The notes: a model not told the origin generated them from the sequence alone. 32,000 bases of DNA from Wolbachia endosymbiont strain TRS of Brugia malayi (GCF_000008385.1 NC_006833.1:1020001-1052000), one strand, 5' to 3'. Shown: positions 1 through 11,445, numbered from the stretch's first letter. Numbers and translations are program-made.

Positions 1-87
1 TTCATAATTCCTATATTATCATATATTTATTATCTTACTAGAGTAAATAAGGTATGAAAGTGAGTGTCAATGGATACAAAAAAAACT

Positions 88-852
88 CTATTTTCTCTTT
101 TTATAGAGCTTGCTCCAAATCCTTTTGTTGGTTAGTACAACAAACACCGTTAAGATTATAAAATACGCCACTATTTTAAATCCAAGCTTATGTCGGCGCT
201 CTAGTTCTGGCTCTGCTGCCCACTGTAAAAAATTTACTACATCGTACGCCATATTTTCAACTGTAGCTTGTCTTGCACCATCATATTCTACCATTCCTTC
301 AGATAGCGGTGGTGCCATAGCTAATTTACCTGTTGGGAAATATGGATTAAAATATAAACCATTCTCATCTTGCTCATCGTTTCGATAGCCCGTTAAAAGC
401 GAATAGACATAATTTGCACTATCGTGCCTCGCTTTAATAATGAGTGACAAGTCCGGTGGAATTGCACCATTATTACTTGCTGCAGCTACTTCTTTCGTAT
501 CAAAAGGTGCAATAAAATAATCTGAAGGTATTCCAGGTCTATCGAACATTTCACCCAGATCATTTGGACCATCTTTAACTTGGTAAGAAGCTGCAATCTG
601 CTTTACATCATCTTCAGAAAAACCAACATCTTGCAAATCACGAAACGCTATTCTATTCATTGAATGACAAGCAGCACAGACTTCCTTATATACTTTATAA
701 CCACGCTGGATTGACTCCCTATCAAAGAATCCAGTAGCTCCATCAAAGCTCCAGTCCATTTTTTTATTTGGCGAAGGTACAAATTCTTCTGCACACACAG
801 AGTTAGTAAGAAGTAATGCACAAGACACAGCTAATATATTCTTAACCAGCAT
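88..852 (-). CDS. petC: cytochrome c1 (ubiquinol-cytochrome c reductase cytochrome c1 subunit)
   Basis: 254 aa ORF with signal peptide, CAACHSM haem-binding motif (CXXCH) and C-terminal TM anchor; start overlaps the petB stop (TAATG). Confidence 0.96.
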   Translation of the reverse strand: MLVKNILAVSCALLLTNSVCAEEFVPSPNKKMDWSFDGATGFFDRESIQRGYKVYKEVCAACHSMNRIAFRDLQDVGFSEDDVKQIAASYQVKDGPNDLGEMFDRPGIPSDYFIAPFDTKEVAAASNNGAIPPDLSLIIKARHDSANYVYSLLTGYRNDEQDENGLYFNPYFPTGKLAMAPPLSEGMVEYDGARQATVENMAYDVVNFLQWAAEPELERRHKLGFKIVAYFIILTVFVVLTNKRIWSKLYKKRK

Positions 853-2084
853 TATTTCATCTCAGGTACAGAATCACTTATGGTTTTTGGTAATTCCTCT
901 GGCTTCTCATACTTACTAAGCAGTGGTAAAACTACCATAAAGTATGCAAAGTAATAAAGAGTAGAAAGCCTACTTAGAGTGATGTAAGGTTCTTTGACTT
1001 CCTGTCCCCCAAGCCAAGCAAGAAATGCAAAATTTACTGCAAAAACCAAAAAAAACTTTTTGAATAATGGGCGATAAGCACCACTTTTAACTTTTGCTTT
1101 ATCAAGCCAAGGCAATAGAAACCACACTAAAATAGACCCAAACATAGTAAGCACACCGGTAAGTTTATCTGGAATTGAGCGCAGCATTGCATAAAAAGGT
1201 AAAAAGTACCATTCTGGTACTATATGAACAGGAGTGACCATAGAATCAGCCTCTATATAATTAGAGGGATGACCAAGATAATTGGGAGCATAGAAAACAA
1301 ACGCAAATAAAACTATAAAAAACAGACCAAAAGTTATGCAATCCTTTACTATATAATAAGGGTAGAGTGGAATGGTATCCTTACCTGATTTCACTTCTAC
1401 TCCACTTGGGTTACCAGAACCAAATCTATGTAGAGCAATAATATGCAGCATAGCTAAAGCAATAATAACAAAGGGTAAAAGATAATGCAGAGCAAAAAAA
1501 CGATTAAGTGTTGGGTTATCAACGGAAAAACCACCCCATAACCACATAACTATTTTATTGCCAACTAAGGGTACTGCTGAAAATAAGTTGGTTATAACTG
1601 TTGCACCCCAAAAACTCATTTGTCCCCAGGGAAGAACATATCCCATAAATGCTGTTGCCATCATTGCAAAAAATATAAATATACCTATAAACCATACCAT
1701 TTCTCGTGGCCTTTTATAAGACCCATAATATAACCCGCGCATCATATGAACATAGACTACCATAAAGAAGAGCGACGCTCCAACAGCATGAGTGTAGCGT
1801 ATCAGCCATCCATAATTTACGTCACGCATTATGCGCTCTACGCTGTTAAATGCATGATCAACATGTGGAGTGTAGTGCATAGCAAGAAATATACCCGTTA
1901 TTATTTGTAAAATTAGCGCTATACCAGCCAAAGAACCAAAGTTCCAAGCATAATTTAAGTTTTTTGGCACTTGGTAAGAAGCAGTATGTTTTAGAAAAGA
2001 AAATATAGGTAATCTATACTCTATCCAGCCCAATATGCCCTTTTCTTCTTCTATCGTTGTTTTTTTATCATCTTGCATAATCAA
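852..2084 (-). CDS. petB: cytochrome b of the bc1 complex
   Basis: 410 aa ORF, multiple TM helices, motifs [14 protein letters not shown] and [14 protein letters not shown] diagnostic of cytochrome b. Confidence 0.97.
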   Translation of the reverse strand: MIMQDDKKTTIEEEKGILGWIEYRLPIFSFLKHTASYQVPKNLNYAWNFGSLAGIALILQIITGIFLAMHYTPHVDHAFNSVERIMRDVNYGWLIRYTHAVGASLFFMVVYVHMMRGLYYGSYKRPREMVWFIGIFIFFAMMATAFMGYVLPWGQMSFWGATVITNLFSAVPLVGNKIVMWLWGGFSVDNPTLNRFFALHYLLPFVIIALAMLHIIALHRFGSGNPSGVEVKSGKDTIPLYPYYIVKDCITFGLFFIVLFAFVFYAPNYLGHPSNYIEADSMVTPVHIVPEWYFLPFYAMLRSIPDKLTGVLTMFGSILVWFLLPWLDKAKVKSGAYRPLFKKFFLVFAVNFAFLAWLGGQEVKEPYITLSRLSTLYYFAYFMVVLPLLSKYEKPEELPKTISDSVPEMK

Positions 2085-2468
2085 AGCTTTCTTTACCTTT
2101 TACTCGTTTATTGTAGCAGTTTATTCTCTATAAACAATAAAAACTTTAAATCAAGAAATCAGATCTTTTAGCATCAAAAGTTGTAACATAGAGAACTAGT
2201 TGCACAGCTACCAGTCCACCAAAGTAACTTATAGAAATGCAAAAACTATTTAACAAACTTCGCCAGCCCCATTATAATGATAAATATTATAATAATACAA
2301 AAAATAATATTATAGAATTCAATAAGGTATTCCCTAGGGGTTTATTGTATTCTAAAAAAGGCAAATCTTGTTAACATTGTTTCAATGTAAAAGATAGGCT
2401 AAATTTTTATAAGGAAGATATTTTAAATAGTAAAATATCTTTGATTGAGAAAGCACTAAACTTATGAG

Positions 2469-3160
2469 GTGAACTGGCTCGCTATTTCGACTCAATTAAC
2501 AAACTTAATGGAAAGGAAAAAACATCACGAAAATGTAAAAAAAATAAGAAAAGCTATTGTTAAAAGATTCAAAGATTGGAAGGGCATCCTGATAACCATT
2601 ACTGCAGCTGACACAGAGGAATTAAAGACTTCTAATATACCAGAAAACGTTGAGAAAGTTAAAGATAGTTTTAATGTAGAGGAACATGAAAAGACTGCAA
2701 ATATGACAACAGATGCAGAAACTGATACTCAATTATATAAAAATATCAATATAAATATTAAAGATTTTAAAATTCCTCAATCCATATGTGGAAGTAGAGA
2801 AGAGGCATATAATGCTTCAGTAGATATCTCCGTGCAAGAGCCAAATACCTATAATGACACCTCTTTCGCTGAACCATGTAGTGAATCTACAAAGGAAATT
2901 CTGCAAAAGAAAAATCATCAAAAAGAGCACATTAATCAATTGTGGCTGGTGTTGTTGGTGCAGTTTCATTGGTAAGTAGTGTTACATCTCATGTGCTAGA
3001 AATGCCTATAATAGAAGCGATCGTGGAAATTATTAGATCAGCTTGTACAGGTTTTACGTTGTACAACCTTTTAAAGCCCAATACAAAACTCGAAAAAGTT
3101 GAAAATGTGGAACAGCCAATAGTTTCCTTTGAACCCAAGGTTATACTTAGAAATACATAA
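2469..3160 (+). pseudogene. Wolbachia-type hypothetical protein with C-terminal hydrophobic segment, split by a frameshift
   Basis: ORFs 2469..2975 and 2942..3160 join by a -1/+1 shift near 2938-2942 (…KEHINQ | IVAGVVGAVSLVSSVTSHVLEMPIIEAIVEIIRSACTGF…), giving one continuous protein. Confidence 0.5.
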
Positions 3161-3289
3161 GCATCAAGAAAGCAAAAAGAGATAACTTCTTTAGAAAAAT
3201 CCACAAATTATCAATTAATACTATCTACATCAACCATGCTACTACTTTTCCTAATCAGAGCTTATGGCTTTCACAGCACGTATTTTTGA

Positions 3290-4185
3290 ACTTGTCAAAA
3301 ACTGCACAGATACAATTCATAGGTCGTCTAGAAACTAGTAAAATTGGACACATTTCCTCTTCAAATATAATCTTATTCATAGTAAGATATATGAAATTTT
3401 CAGTAGATGTTGTAAGCAAATCGTACTCTTTTGATAGCCTTCTATTCCTAGAGACTTAGGCAAAGGTCCCCTCTACAAACCACCTTCTTGGCTGTATTTT
3501 AAATCCCTGTTCTCTTGCTGGTAGCAATGCAGGTGGTATGTCTTTATATATCCAAAACCCACATGGAGGCCTTTTCACAATTTCAATGTCTATCCCATAT
3601 TTTTCCTTTATATATATCTTTAAATTTTTGCTTTGATATCCCATATCAGCCTACATTTCCTTAACTCCAGTATACTTCTCTCTGTCTTGTTTAATACTAC
3701 CTTTACTCCATCCCTGTCATTCTCACTGGCAGCTCCCACACAACAACTCAGTATGAAACCCTGAGTATCTATAATCATATACCTTTTTCTACCTTTTACT
3801 TTTTTACCCCCATCATAACCTTTGCTCCCTCTTTTTCTGTAGTTCCAACAGACTGGCTGTCTACTATGGAAGCGCTCAGCTGCTCATTTCTTCCTATTTT
3901 TCGCTACATTTGGTAATTTCATAACTCATTTTTTCAAAGGTACCCTGCTTTTTTCATTGCATGAATTGCTCATATACAGTTTTCCAGAATGGAAAGTCAT
4001 TCGGCAGATAACGCTATTGGCACCCTGTACGTAGTACATAGAAAATTGCTTATAATATTTCTTTCTTACTATACTTTGGCGATCTTCCTCCTTTCTTGTA
4101 CGATACCCTAAAGTATTTTTCTATTCTAGCCCACTCCCCTTCACTTAAGTCTGTTGGATATTTCTCCTTATCTCTTACCTCATTT
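3290..4185 (-). mobile_element. decayed IS5-family transposase
   Basis: Minus-strand fragments YPTDLSEGEWARIEKYF…KKEILNAIFYVLRTGCQ (N-terminus) and RRWFVEGTFA…RRLSKEYDLLTTSTENFIYLTM (C-terminus, IS5-like RRWVVERTFAW motif), in several frames with stops. Confidence 0.85.
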
Positions 4186-4234
4186 TATATCTCTTAACGC
4201 TATACCCTTATTTTAGTCTCCGGACAATCTCTTA

Positions 4235-5100
4235 TAGCTAACTAAGATAAAGTTTCCCCGATGCTGAAAGACAAAATTGATGATCGAATTGATATCAAGC
4301 CAAAAGTTTGGTAGAGTTTTTCTTACGGCATGCTTGATAGCAAACCAAAACTTCTCAACTGGATTTAAGTCAGGTGAGCATGGCAGCAAAACAAAATTTT
4401 ATATCCAACGGTTTCTATTAATTTTCTCGTCCTTATCAGACTTATGAAAGCTCACATTATCGAGAATAATAGTTTGCCCAGGTTTTAATATCAGAATAAG
4501 CACATTTTAACATAAGCTTCAAAAAATTCGCTGTTATAATACCCTTCAATTATCCTGGTGCTTCAACTTTTCCTTCATCGAGTGCTCCAATTATGCACAC
4601 CCTTTTTTTGTACCCTGTTTTTTCCGCAAACAATCTTTCCCCTATTGCAGCCCACCCATACATATAAAACTCATTATCCTCTATACCTGATTCATCAGTG
4701 AATACTAAATTTTCTTCGTTTATTTCTACTATTTTTTTTATGAATTCCTTTCGTTTTTCTTCATCCCTTTCCTGATAGAGAAAAGTTTTTCTTATATATA
4801 GTTTACTTTTTTAAGGTAAGTTATACACCATACTTTTGCATATATTACTAAATTTTCCAATTATCTTTTCAATTGCAGTTTCCCGATTTTTACTCAGGAA
4901 CTTGACAAATTTGTCTATGTCTTTAATCTTATGGTCATATCCCTTTTGGTAGCCTGAAGATGATTTTATACTTCTTGTTTCTTCTCTTCTTTTCCTCCAC
5001 TAATATATAGTCTTTTCATCAATTTTGAACATCCCGCTTACTGAATTCATAGTCATTTTTTTCTTGTCAACCACTTTTAAAACTCGTTCTCTGAGCCTTC
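4235..5100 (-). mobile_element. decayed IS630-family transposase (copy 1)
   Basis: Minus-strand fragments ERDEEKRKEFIKKIVEINEENLVFTDESGIEDNEFYMYGWAAIGERLFAEKTGYKKRVCIIGALDEG and TIILDNVSFHKSDKDEKI…LLPCSPDLNPVEKFWFAIKHAVRKTL (DDE_3 motifs D…DN…SPDLNPVE), interrupted by stops/frameshifts. Confidence 0.85.
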
Positions 5101-5116
5101 ATACCAATTTTCACTG

Positions 5117-5620
5117 TTAATAGGTCAAATAAGTGACATTGCAGAGTTGCTTTATTGCGGAGCGAGAAGGGTAGGTAATAAATTTACATAAAGCGCTCTC
5201 AAGCAAAGCAATTGTATTATATACTTTATTACGCAAAATGTTCTGTTTTATATATAACCAAAGTTTTCCAATAGGATGAAGCTCAGGTAAGTACGATGAC
5301 AGGTATATAATCTTGACATTTTTAGGTATCTTTAAATTTTTTGAATTATACCAATTAGCACAATCTATGACAAGAAAGGCTTCTTGTGTTCTTAAATATT
5401 GCAATATTTGTTCAAGAAATATATTCATACAACCAGTGTTGATATTCAGTGCAAATAAGCTAGAACTTTCTTCACTCCTAGGATTAACTGTACTGTAGAG
5501 ATAAAAATTTTGTCTACCTAACTTTACTTTAACCTGTATTCTAACGCCCTTTTTTAAACCACCAGTGACAACCTTCGAATGTGTGCCCCGCGATTCATCA
5601 AAGAAAAATTAGCTCTTATT
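5117..5620 (-). mobile_element. truncated IS630-family transposase (copy 2, different subtype)
   Basis: Minus-strand reading FFDESRGTHSKVVTGGLKKGVRIQVKVKLGRQNFYLYSTVNPRSEESSSLFALNINTGCMNIFLEQILQYL…FLVIDCANWYNSKNLKIPKNVKIIYLSSYLPELHPIGKLWLYIKQNILRNKVYNT; the first half of the ORF is missing. Confidence 0.85.
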
Positions 5621-6191
5621 CATGATATTTGCCAATAGTCTCATTAAAATTTTTAACTATTCCTACCTACCTTTATCTTGTCCATTATGAATTGGTCTTA
5701 GCGTAATATACGAAAACCTCATTTTCATCTCTTCTATATTTCAGAAAGTGACCTTTATTTTTTAAAGTTTCTTCAACCTGCTCAGGCTCGAATTGATTTC
5801 CTTCAGTTATAGTAGAATAGTGTGTGGTATAGAGCTATACAGTTTCATGAAAAGACAAAAATATCTATTTAAGAGTGGCAAATGCAACACTTTTTCTTTT
5901 ACTGCTTTAATCCTTATAAGGCAGCTAGCAATCTTGAAGGTACCGTACAATTTGGTATAAACTTTATTGGCATAGTATTTATATTATATTACTTTTATAT
6001 TATGCTGACAAAATGCAGACAATGCAACATTTTTAAAATTTTGTTAATGTGCTGCAAGAATTCTTCTTTGCTTATGTTTACCCATCTGTCGATACAAAGC
6101 ATAGTTCAGTTCTTATAGAAAACAAAAGATAGACATGAGGCCATAAAACTGAAATAATTTGTTAATCAAATTTCTCAAAACTACTTAGTAT

Positions 6192-7070
6192 ATGTTAATC
6201 AGAATAGGTACCAGAGGAAGCAGTCTTGCAATTGCTCAAGCTTTGGAAGCAAAACAAAAGCTGTTGGACCTTTTTTCTAGTTTATCTGTTGAGATCATTA
6301 AAATAAAAACTTCTGGTGACAAATATGCAAATGCGAACCTCGCTGAAATAGGAGGTAAGGGATTGTTTATTAAAGAAATTGAGACTGAATTGATTAAGAG
6401 TAATATAGATATGGCAGTTCATTCGCTAAAGGATGTTCCTGCATTTTTTTCAAAAGACTTAACAATTCCTTGTATTCTAGAGAGGTTAAGTCCATACGAT
6501 ACATTTATTTCTAATAAGTATAAGAGCCTTAAGTCTTTGCCACAGCAGGCCATAATTGCAACTTCCTCAATAAGAAGAAAAGTCCAGTTGCTAAATTTTA
6601 GACCAGATTTAAATATAGTACCACTGCGTGGAAATGTGACAACTAGACTGCAGAATCAAAGCTTTGATGGAATAATTCTAGCTGAAGCAGGATTAATAAG
6701 ATTAAAAAAAGATTACTTGATCACAGAGGTACTGTCACCGAAAACTATGTTAAGTGCAGTGGGACAGGGAGCAATTTGCATTCAATGTAGAAAAAATGAT
6801 ATAAAAATTATCGATCTTTTAGAGAAAATTAATAATAATAAGTCTTTTATAAGGGTGAAATCAGAACGCAGCTTTATGAAGACAGTAAATGGTTCATGCT
6901 TTACACCACTTGCGGCTCTGGCAAAATATGTGAGTGAAAACGTGCTACATCTTTATTGTATGTTAGCAGACAAGAAAAATATATATTTTACTGAGCGCAC
7001 TTCGTTTGTAGAAGATGCAGAAAAAATGGGTATGGATGCAGGATTAGAATTGAAATCAAAATGCCTATAA
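6192..7070 (+). CDS. hemC: hydroxymethylbilane synthase (porphobilinogen deaminase)
   Basis: 292 aa ORF beginning MLIRIGTRGSSLAIAQA, with HSLKDVPAFF, ATSSIRRKVQL, VPLRGNVTTRL and GSCFTPLAA cofactor-site motif. Confidence 0.97.
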   Translation: MLIRIGTRGSSLAIAQALEAKQKLLDLFSSLSVEIIKIKTSGDKYANANLAEIGGKGLFIKEIETELIKSNIDMAVHSLKDVPAFFSKDLTIPCILERLSPYDTFISNKYKSLKSLPQQAIIATSSIRRKVQLLNFRPDLNIVPLRGNVTTRLQNQSFDGIILAEAGLIRLKKDYLITEVLSPKTMLSAVGQGAICIQCRKNDIKIIDLLEKINNNKSFIRVKSERSFMKTVNGSCFTPLAALAKYVSENVLHLYCMLADKKNIYFTERTSFVEDAEKMGMDAGLELKSKCL

Positions 7071-7948
7071 GCTTGCCTAAGGTACGCGGAATCTATCGTT
7101 ATAGTGTTTTAATGTCTAAAATAACATGGTTGAATGTTGGTGGACAAGCTGATATATTGTTTAAACCACGTGATATTGAAGATTTAATATATTTAATCAA
7201 AAATACTAAATTGCCAATTAGCGTTATCGGTGCAACATCCAACATGATAGTGCGTGATAGTGGAATTCGAGGAATAACAGTAAAATTAGGTAAGGAGTTC
7301 GCATATATTAAATATAAAAGTAACAACTCTATCATTGCAGGTGGGGCTGCGCTACTTAGCAATCTCGCTTACTTTGCAGGAGAGCAACAAGTTAGTGGAC
7401 TCGAGTTTCTAGTTGGAATTCCAGGAACGATTGGTGGCGGAATAGAAATGAATGCAGGTGCATATGGTAGTGACGTTGCAAGCGTTGTTCAATCCATAAA
7501 GGCGGTGAATCTAAGTGATGGGAATCTATATGAATTTTCCAGCAAAGAAATGGGTTATGTTTATCGTGGACATAGCTTGAAAGGGCAATGGATTTTTATT
7601 GAAGCTGAGTTTAAAGGGGTAAGTTCAGGACATGAGGTTATATTGCATAGGTTAAAAGAAATTATCAATAAAAAAAACAAAAGCCAGCCAGTGAGAGGAA
7701 AAACTGCTGGGTGTATATTCAAAAATCCAAGAGCCTACCAGGCGTGGAAACTGATTGATGGATCTGGCTGTCGAGGATTAAATAACGGTGGAGCTAAAAT
7801 TTCTAAGAAACACTGTAATTTTTTACTTAATTACAATAATGCAACTGCGTCTGACTTGGAAAACCTTGGCAACAAGGTAAGAAACACAGTGAAGGACAAG
7901 TTTAACATTGAACTTGAGTGGGAAATAAGGGTCTTGGGCAGCCATTAG
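7061..7948 (+). CDS. murB: UDP-N-acetylmuramate dehydrogenase (UDP-N-acetylenolpyruvoylglucosamine reductase)
   Basis: 295 aa ORF, NVGGQADILFKP, VIGATSNMIVRD, GIPGTIGGGIEMNAGAYG, GCIFKNP, IDGSGCRG…GGAKISKKHCNFL; overlaps hemC by 10 nt. Confidence 0.97.
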   Translation: MPISLPKVRGIYRYSVLMSKITWLNVGGQADILFKPRDIEDLIYLIKNTKLPISVIGATSNMIVRDSGIRGITVKLGKEFAYIKYKSNNSIIAGGAALLSNLAYFAGEQQVSGLEFLVGIPGTIGGGIEMNAGAYGSDVASVVQSIKAVNLSDGNLYEFSSKEMGYVYRGHSLKGQWIFIEAEFKGVSSGHEVILHRLKEIINKKNKSQPVRGKTAGCIFKNPRAYQAWKLIDGSGCRGLNNGGAKISKKHCNFLLNYNNATASDLENLGNKVRNTVKDKFNIELEWEIRVLGSH

Positions 7949-7973
7949 GCAGTTTTTATAGCTGCTGTATTTA

Positions 7974-8240
7974 CTAGCTGCTCAATACTTCTACTTCAAT
8001 TTTTAAAGTGTTCTTTATAAATTTGTTAGCCCGGTCTTTGCTCACAAAAACTGCACATTTATTGGGCATTAACATTTTTATAGTAGCCCTATCTTTTTTA
8101 TCATGCATATGTTTAAGAAGCACATCACTTCCTTTTTCATCTTGACGCGATCTGCAAATATAGCTATGTTTTTTGAGATCTAGAAGCTTAACAAATTCAT
8201 TATAATCATCTTTATAGCGAAAAACTATATCAACACCCAC
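7974..8240 (-). CDS. hypothetical protein
   Basis: 88 aa ORF from a GTG start; the same frame stays open about 45 codons upstream (…QNSDLREVKTITVERSIRKIIGANYGYKSKINIKYNEKEAVGVDIVF) without an ATG, so it may be 5'-decayed. Confidence 0.45.
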   Translation of the reverse strand: MGVDIVFRYKDDYNEFVKLLDLKKHSYICRSRQDEKGSDVLLKHMHDKKDRATIKMLMPNKCAVFVSKDRANKFIKNTLKIEVEVLSS

Positions 8241-8531
8241 GGCTTCTTTTTCATTGTATTTAATATTGATCTTTGATTTATAACCATAATTTGCTCCAAT
8301 AATCTTTCTTATTGAGCGTTCTACTGTTATTGTTTTTACTTCTCGAAGATCACTGTTTTGAAATAGGCATTGGTAACTTATAACTTACAAGAAACAATTT
8401 TGGCCTGTATCGTTCATTATGTTTTCTTATTTTAACAAAATACCTTTCATATTTAGTCAATCAATCTTCTCCTTTTTTCTCTATCTTGTCTAGGAATTTC
8501 CCCATTGGCCCTTGATTAGTATGAAGTTAGT

Positions 8532-9300
8532 TTAATATGGCCGGTAGACAATTTCTGCATTTTCTGAAAATAAACCTTCTAATTTTTCACTGCATTGTAC
8601 AAATTTGCTAATGCCGGTTTATAATGTTCGCTATTGTTGCCTATATAAGTTATTTTACCTTTTTCTACCTTCAAAACAGGACACAAAACTGGTTTACCAC
8701 CTGCAAGAGTTGAATGACGATGAGCCAATTCACCTTTATTAACATTAATATGCTTATGAGCTACTAACCTTCCATCAAGTGTTATCACATAAGCTACACA
8801 ATCTTTTTCTTCTTCTTCTTTACTAATTTCACCAGTTGTATCATATAACTTGCCCTTAAAGCCTTTTAACTTATTACTTTCATTTCTGGCATTAAGTCTA
8901 CATATAATCTTCCTTTATGAGCAATTTTAGTATGCTCTGCCTGCTCTTCTGAAGTGAAACATTTGACTCTTAAACTACTTCCAAAAATTTCTTTTTCTTC
9001 AGTTTCTATTTCTAAAAGATAGGCATAACGAGGAAAAAGATGTTTAAACGTGCGTTCTACCCAATGTAAAATCTTATTTGCAACACCAAAATTTTTTTGT
9101 TACCTAGATCAATATAAAGTTGTTGTTCTTTTGGTACCACTGAGTGATCAAACCTTGTGCCATCTTTGCCAAATTCTTCAGCAGCATATTTAAATTTTTC
9201 TAGCAAATATTTTTTCCGTTCTTCTGATACTGGTTTAAGTTTTCCTAGTAGATATCTCTAAAATCTTTCGAATATTAACATTCTTACCTTACACTAACTA
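8532..9300 (-). pseudogene. frameshifted Wolbachia-type hypothetical protein
   Basis: Minus-strand segments in shifting frames: PVSEERKKYLLEKFKYAAEEFGKDGTRFDHSVVPKEQQLYIDLGN / WVERTFKHLFPRYAYLLEIETEEKEIFGSSLRVKCFTSEEQAEHTKIAHKGRLYVDLMPEMKVIS / KGFKGKLYDTTGEISKEEEEKDCVAYVITLDGRLVAHKHINVNKGELAHRHSTLAGGKPVLC…YNAVKN / KLEGLFSENAEIVYRPY*. Confidence 0.75.
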
Positions 9301-9526
9301 TTATTTCATTTTATATCACTCTAGCTAAAAAGTCAACCTTTTTCTTAAAATATTAAGAAAAATAAAAGCAATATTAAAATGATATATATAAATATTAAAA
9401 AATGTGAATCTTGCTTGCACTAATCAAATACGAGTCACCTTTTATTATAAAGTTAGTAAAGATTCTAGTTTACTTAAAGTACGTTAATTGCTATTTTTTA
9501 AAACGCAATGTTTACTATAGCACCAT

Positions 9527-10141
9527 ATGCTTAGGTTTTTTTTTACACTAGTGTTTTTGGGTTCCAGCTTTTTCATCATGCAAGATGCTGAAGCTAAACT
9601 TAAAGTGAAGCTTAGTAAAAGGTACATACCTCCTGGTAATCCTGGCGGTACAAACTTTTATGAAGATGAGGATTTCGCTGAGTCATATAAACTGTATGAA
9701 AAGCGTAGGGAACTCCTAAAGAAAAAAAAGTTGCAAGATCAAACTAATATTAACATAAACAAAGAAAAACTGGCTAAAAAACTAAAAGAAAAAAAAATTG
9801 CTAATCTTGATAGTGAGCTAAGTGATACAGAAGCTTGTGTAATCAATGATGAAGAGGATGCTATGGTAAATCAACATGGCATCAATATTGCGCGCTTAAA
9901 GGGTGCTATATTTATAGATCAAGGACCAATTTCTCAACGTGAAGATGAGCAACATGAAAGTGAACGACAAGAAGGAAAAAAAGCTACTTTAACACGGGAG
10001 AAAAAAGTTTCTCCTATAAATGTTACTATAAAAGACACTCGATCAAAAAGAACCTGTTCACATGATTCCATTGTCGACTTAAATAACGTCAGTTCGAACG
10101 GCTCGGATTCATTTGGAAGTGCAGCTGATGCAGTAAATTAA
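9527..10141 (+). CDS. hypothetical protein with N-terminal signal peptide, Lys/Glu-rich
   Basis: 204 aa ORF starting [23 protein letters not shown] (signal-peptide-like) followed by charged region; stop lies 4 nt before ispG start. Confidence 0.75.
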   Translation: MLRFFFTLVFLGSSFFIMQDAEAKLKVKLSKRYIPPGNPGGTNFYEDEDFAESYKLYEKRRELLKKKKLQDQTNININKEKLAKKLKEKKIANLDSELSDTEACVINDEEDAMVNQHGINIARLKGAIFIDQGPISQREDEQHESERQEGKKATLTREKKVSPINVTIKDTRSKRTCSHDSIVDLNNVSSNGSDSFGSAADAVN

Positions 10142-10145
10142 TAAC

Positions 10146-11435
10146 ATGTTAAATAAAGATCTGGTAGACCATGACTTGAGTGACGAAGTATGTGAATTAT
10201 TACCTGCTTCTCGACATAAGACTTATGTTGTAAAGGTCGGACAAGTAAAGATAGGTGGAAATAATCCTATAGTTGTACAATCTATGGCACTTGGTGTACA
10301 CATAGATTCTGATAATGTAAAAAGCAGTGCTAAGCGATATGCAAAAGAAATAATAGAACTAGCGCATGCAGGTTCAGAGTTGGTGCGGATTGCTTTGAAC
10401 TCAGAGGAAGTAGCAAGAGCAGTACCTTATATAGTAGAAGAAATAAATAAAGAAGGTTTTGACGGTAAGATATTGGTAGGCTGTGGACAGTATGAGCTAG
10501 ATAAGTTAGTCCGAAATTACCCAGACAATATCAAAATGCTAGGTAAGATTAGAATCAATCCAGGCAATATAGGCTTTGGCGACAAACATGATGAAAAGTT
10601 TGAAAGAGTTATAGAGTATGCAATAACGCATGATATCCCGGTTAGGATTGGAGTAAATTGGGGCAGTCTCGATAAATACCTTTTACAAAAACTGATGGAT
10701 GAGAACTCTTTATCCAATAATCCAAAATCTTCTGATGTTATACTGCGCAAGGCACTTGTAATGTCAGCTCTTAATAGTGCACAAAAAGCTGAGGAAATTG
10801 GCCTTAGTTTGGATAAAATAGTTATCTCGTGTAAAGTTAGTAGAGTGCAAGATTTAATTTCAGTTTACACGGCGCTTGCAAAATCTTCCAATTACGCCTT
10901 GCATTTGGGTTTAACTGAAGCTGGTACGGGTAACAAAGGCATGATAAGTACCACAGCAGGGCTTACTTACTTATTACAAAATGGCATTGGAGATACGATA
11001 CGGGCTTCTTTAACTCAACGCCCTGGTGAACCACGAGTTAATGAGGTAGCAGTATGCCAAGAAATATTGCAGTCCATAGGCTTACGCCACTTTAATCCTC
11101 AAGTTAACTCGTGTCCTGGTTGTGGACGCACGAATAGCGATCGTTTTCGTATATTGACCGAAGAAGTAAATGATTATATAAAAATTCGTATGCCAACATG
11201 GAAGAAAAAAAATCCAGGTGTAGAGCATATGAATATTGCTGTCATGGGTTGCATCGTAAATGGCCCCGGAGAAAGTAAACACGCTAATTTAGGAATTAGC
11301 TTACCTGGATATGGAGAAAAGCCCATTTCAGCAGTTTATAAAGACGGCAAGTACTTTAAAACTCTACAGGGTGATAATATCTTTGAAGAATTTAAGGCAA
11401 TTATTGATGATTATGTGAAGGAACATTACACATAA
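10146..11435 (+). CDS. ispG: 4-hydroxy-3-methylbut-2-en-1-yl diphosphate synthase
   Basis: 429 aa ORF; [37 protein letters not shown] and [11 protein letters not shown] motifs of IspG/GcpE. Confidence 0.97.
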   Translation: MLNKDLVDHDLSDEVCELLPASRHKTYVVKVGQVKIGGNNPIVVQSMALGVHIDSDNVKSSAKRYAKEIIELAHAGSELVRIALNSEEVARAVPYIVEEINKEGFDGKILVGCGQYELDKLVRNYPDNIKMLGKIRINPGNIGFGDKHDEKFERVIEYAITHDIPVRIGVNWGSLDKYLLQKLMDENSLSNNPKSSDVILRKALVMSALNSAQKAEEIGLSLDKIVISCKVSRVQDLISVYTALAKSSNYALHLGLTEAGTGNKGMISTTAGLTYLLQNGIGDTIRASLTQRPGEPRVNEVAVCQEILQSIGLRHFNPQVNSCPGCGRTNSDRFRILTEEVNDYIKIRMPTWKKKNPGVEHMNIAVMGCIVNGPGESKHANLGISLPGYGEKPISAVYKDGKYFKTLQGDNIFEEFKAIIDDYVKEHYT

Positions 11436-11445
11436 AATTGATGAT

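Noticed and set aside
110-388. Plus-strand 92 aa ORF inside petC
   Set aside because: Antisense to a well-supported cytochrome c1 gene; no independent support.
5882-6118. 78 aa ORF upstream of hemC
   Set aside because: Low-complexity, Phe/Ile/Cys-rich translation typical of random AT-rich frames; no motif or clear ribosome binding site.
11082-11282. Minus-strand ORF inside ispG
   Set aside because: Antisense frame of a conserved gene.
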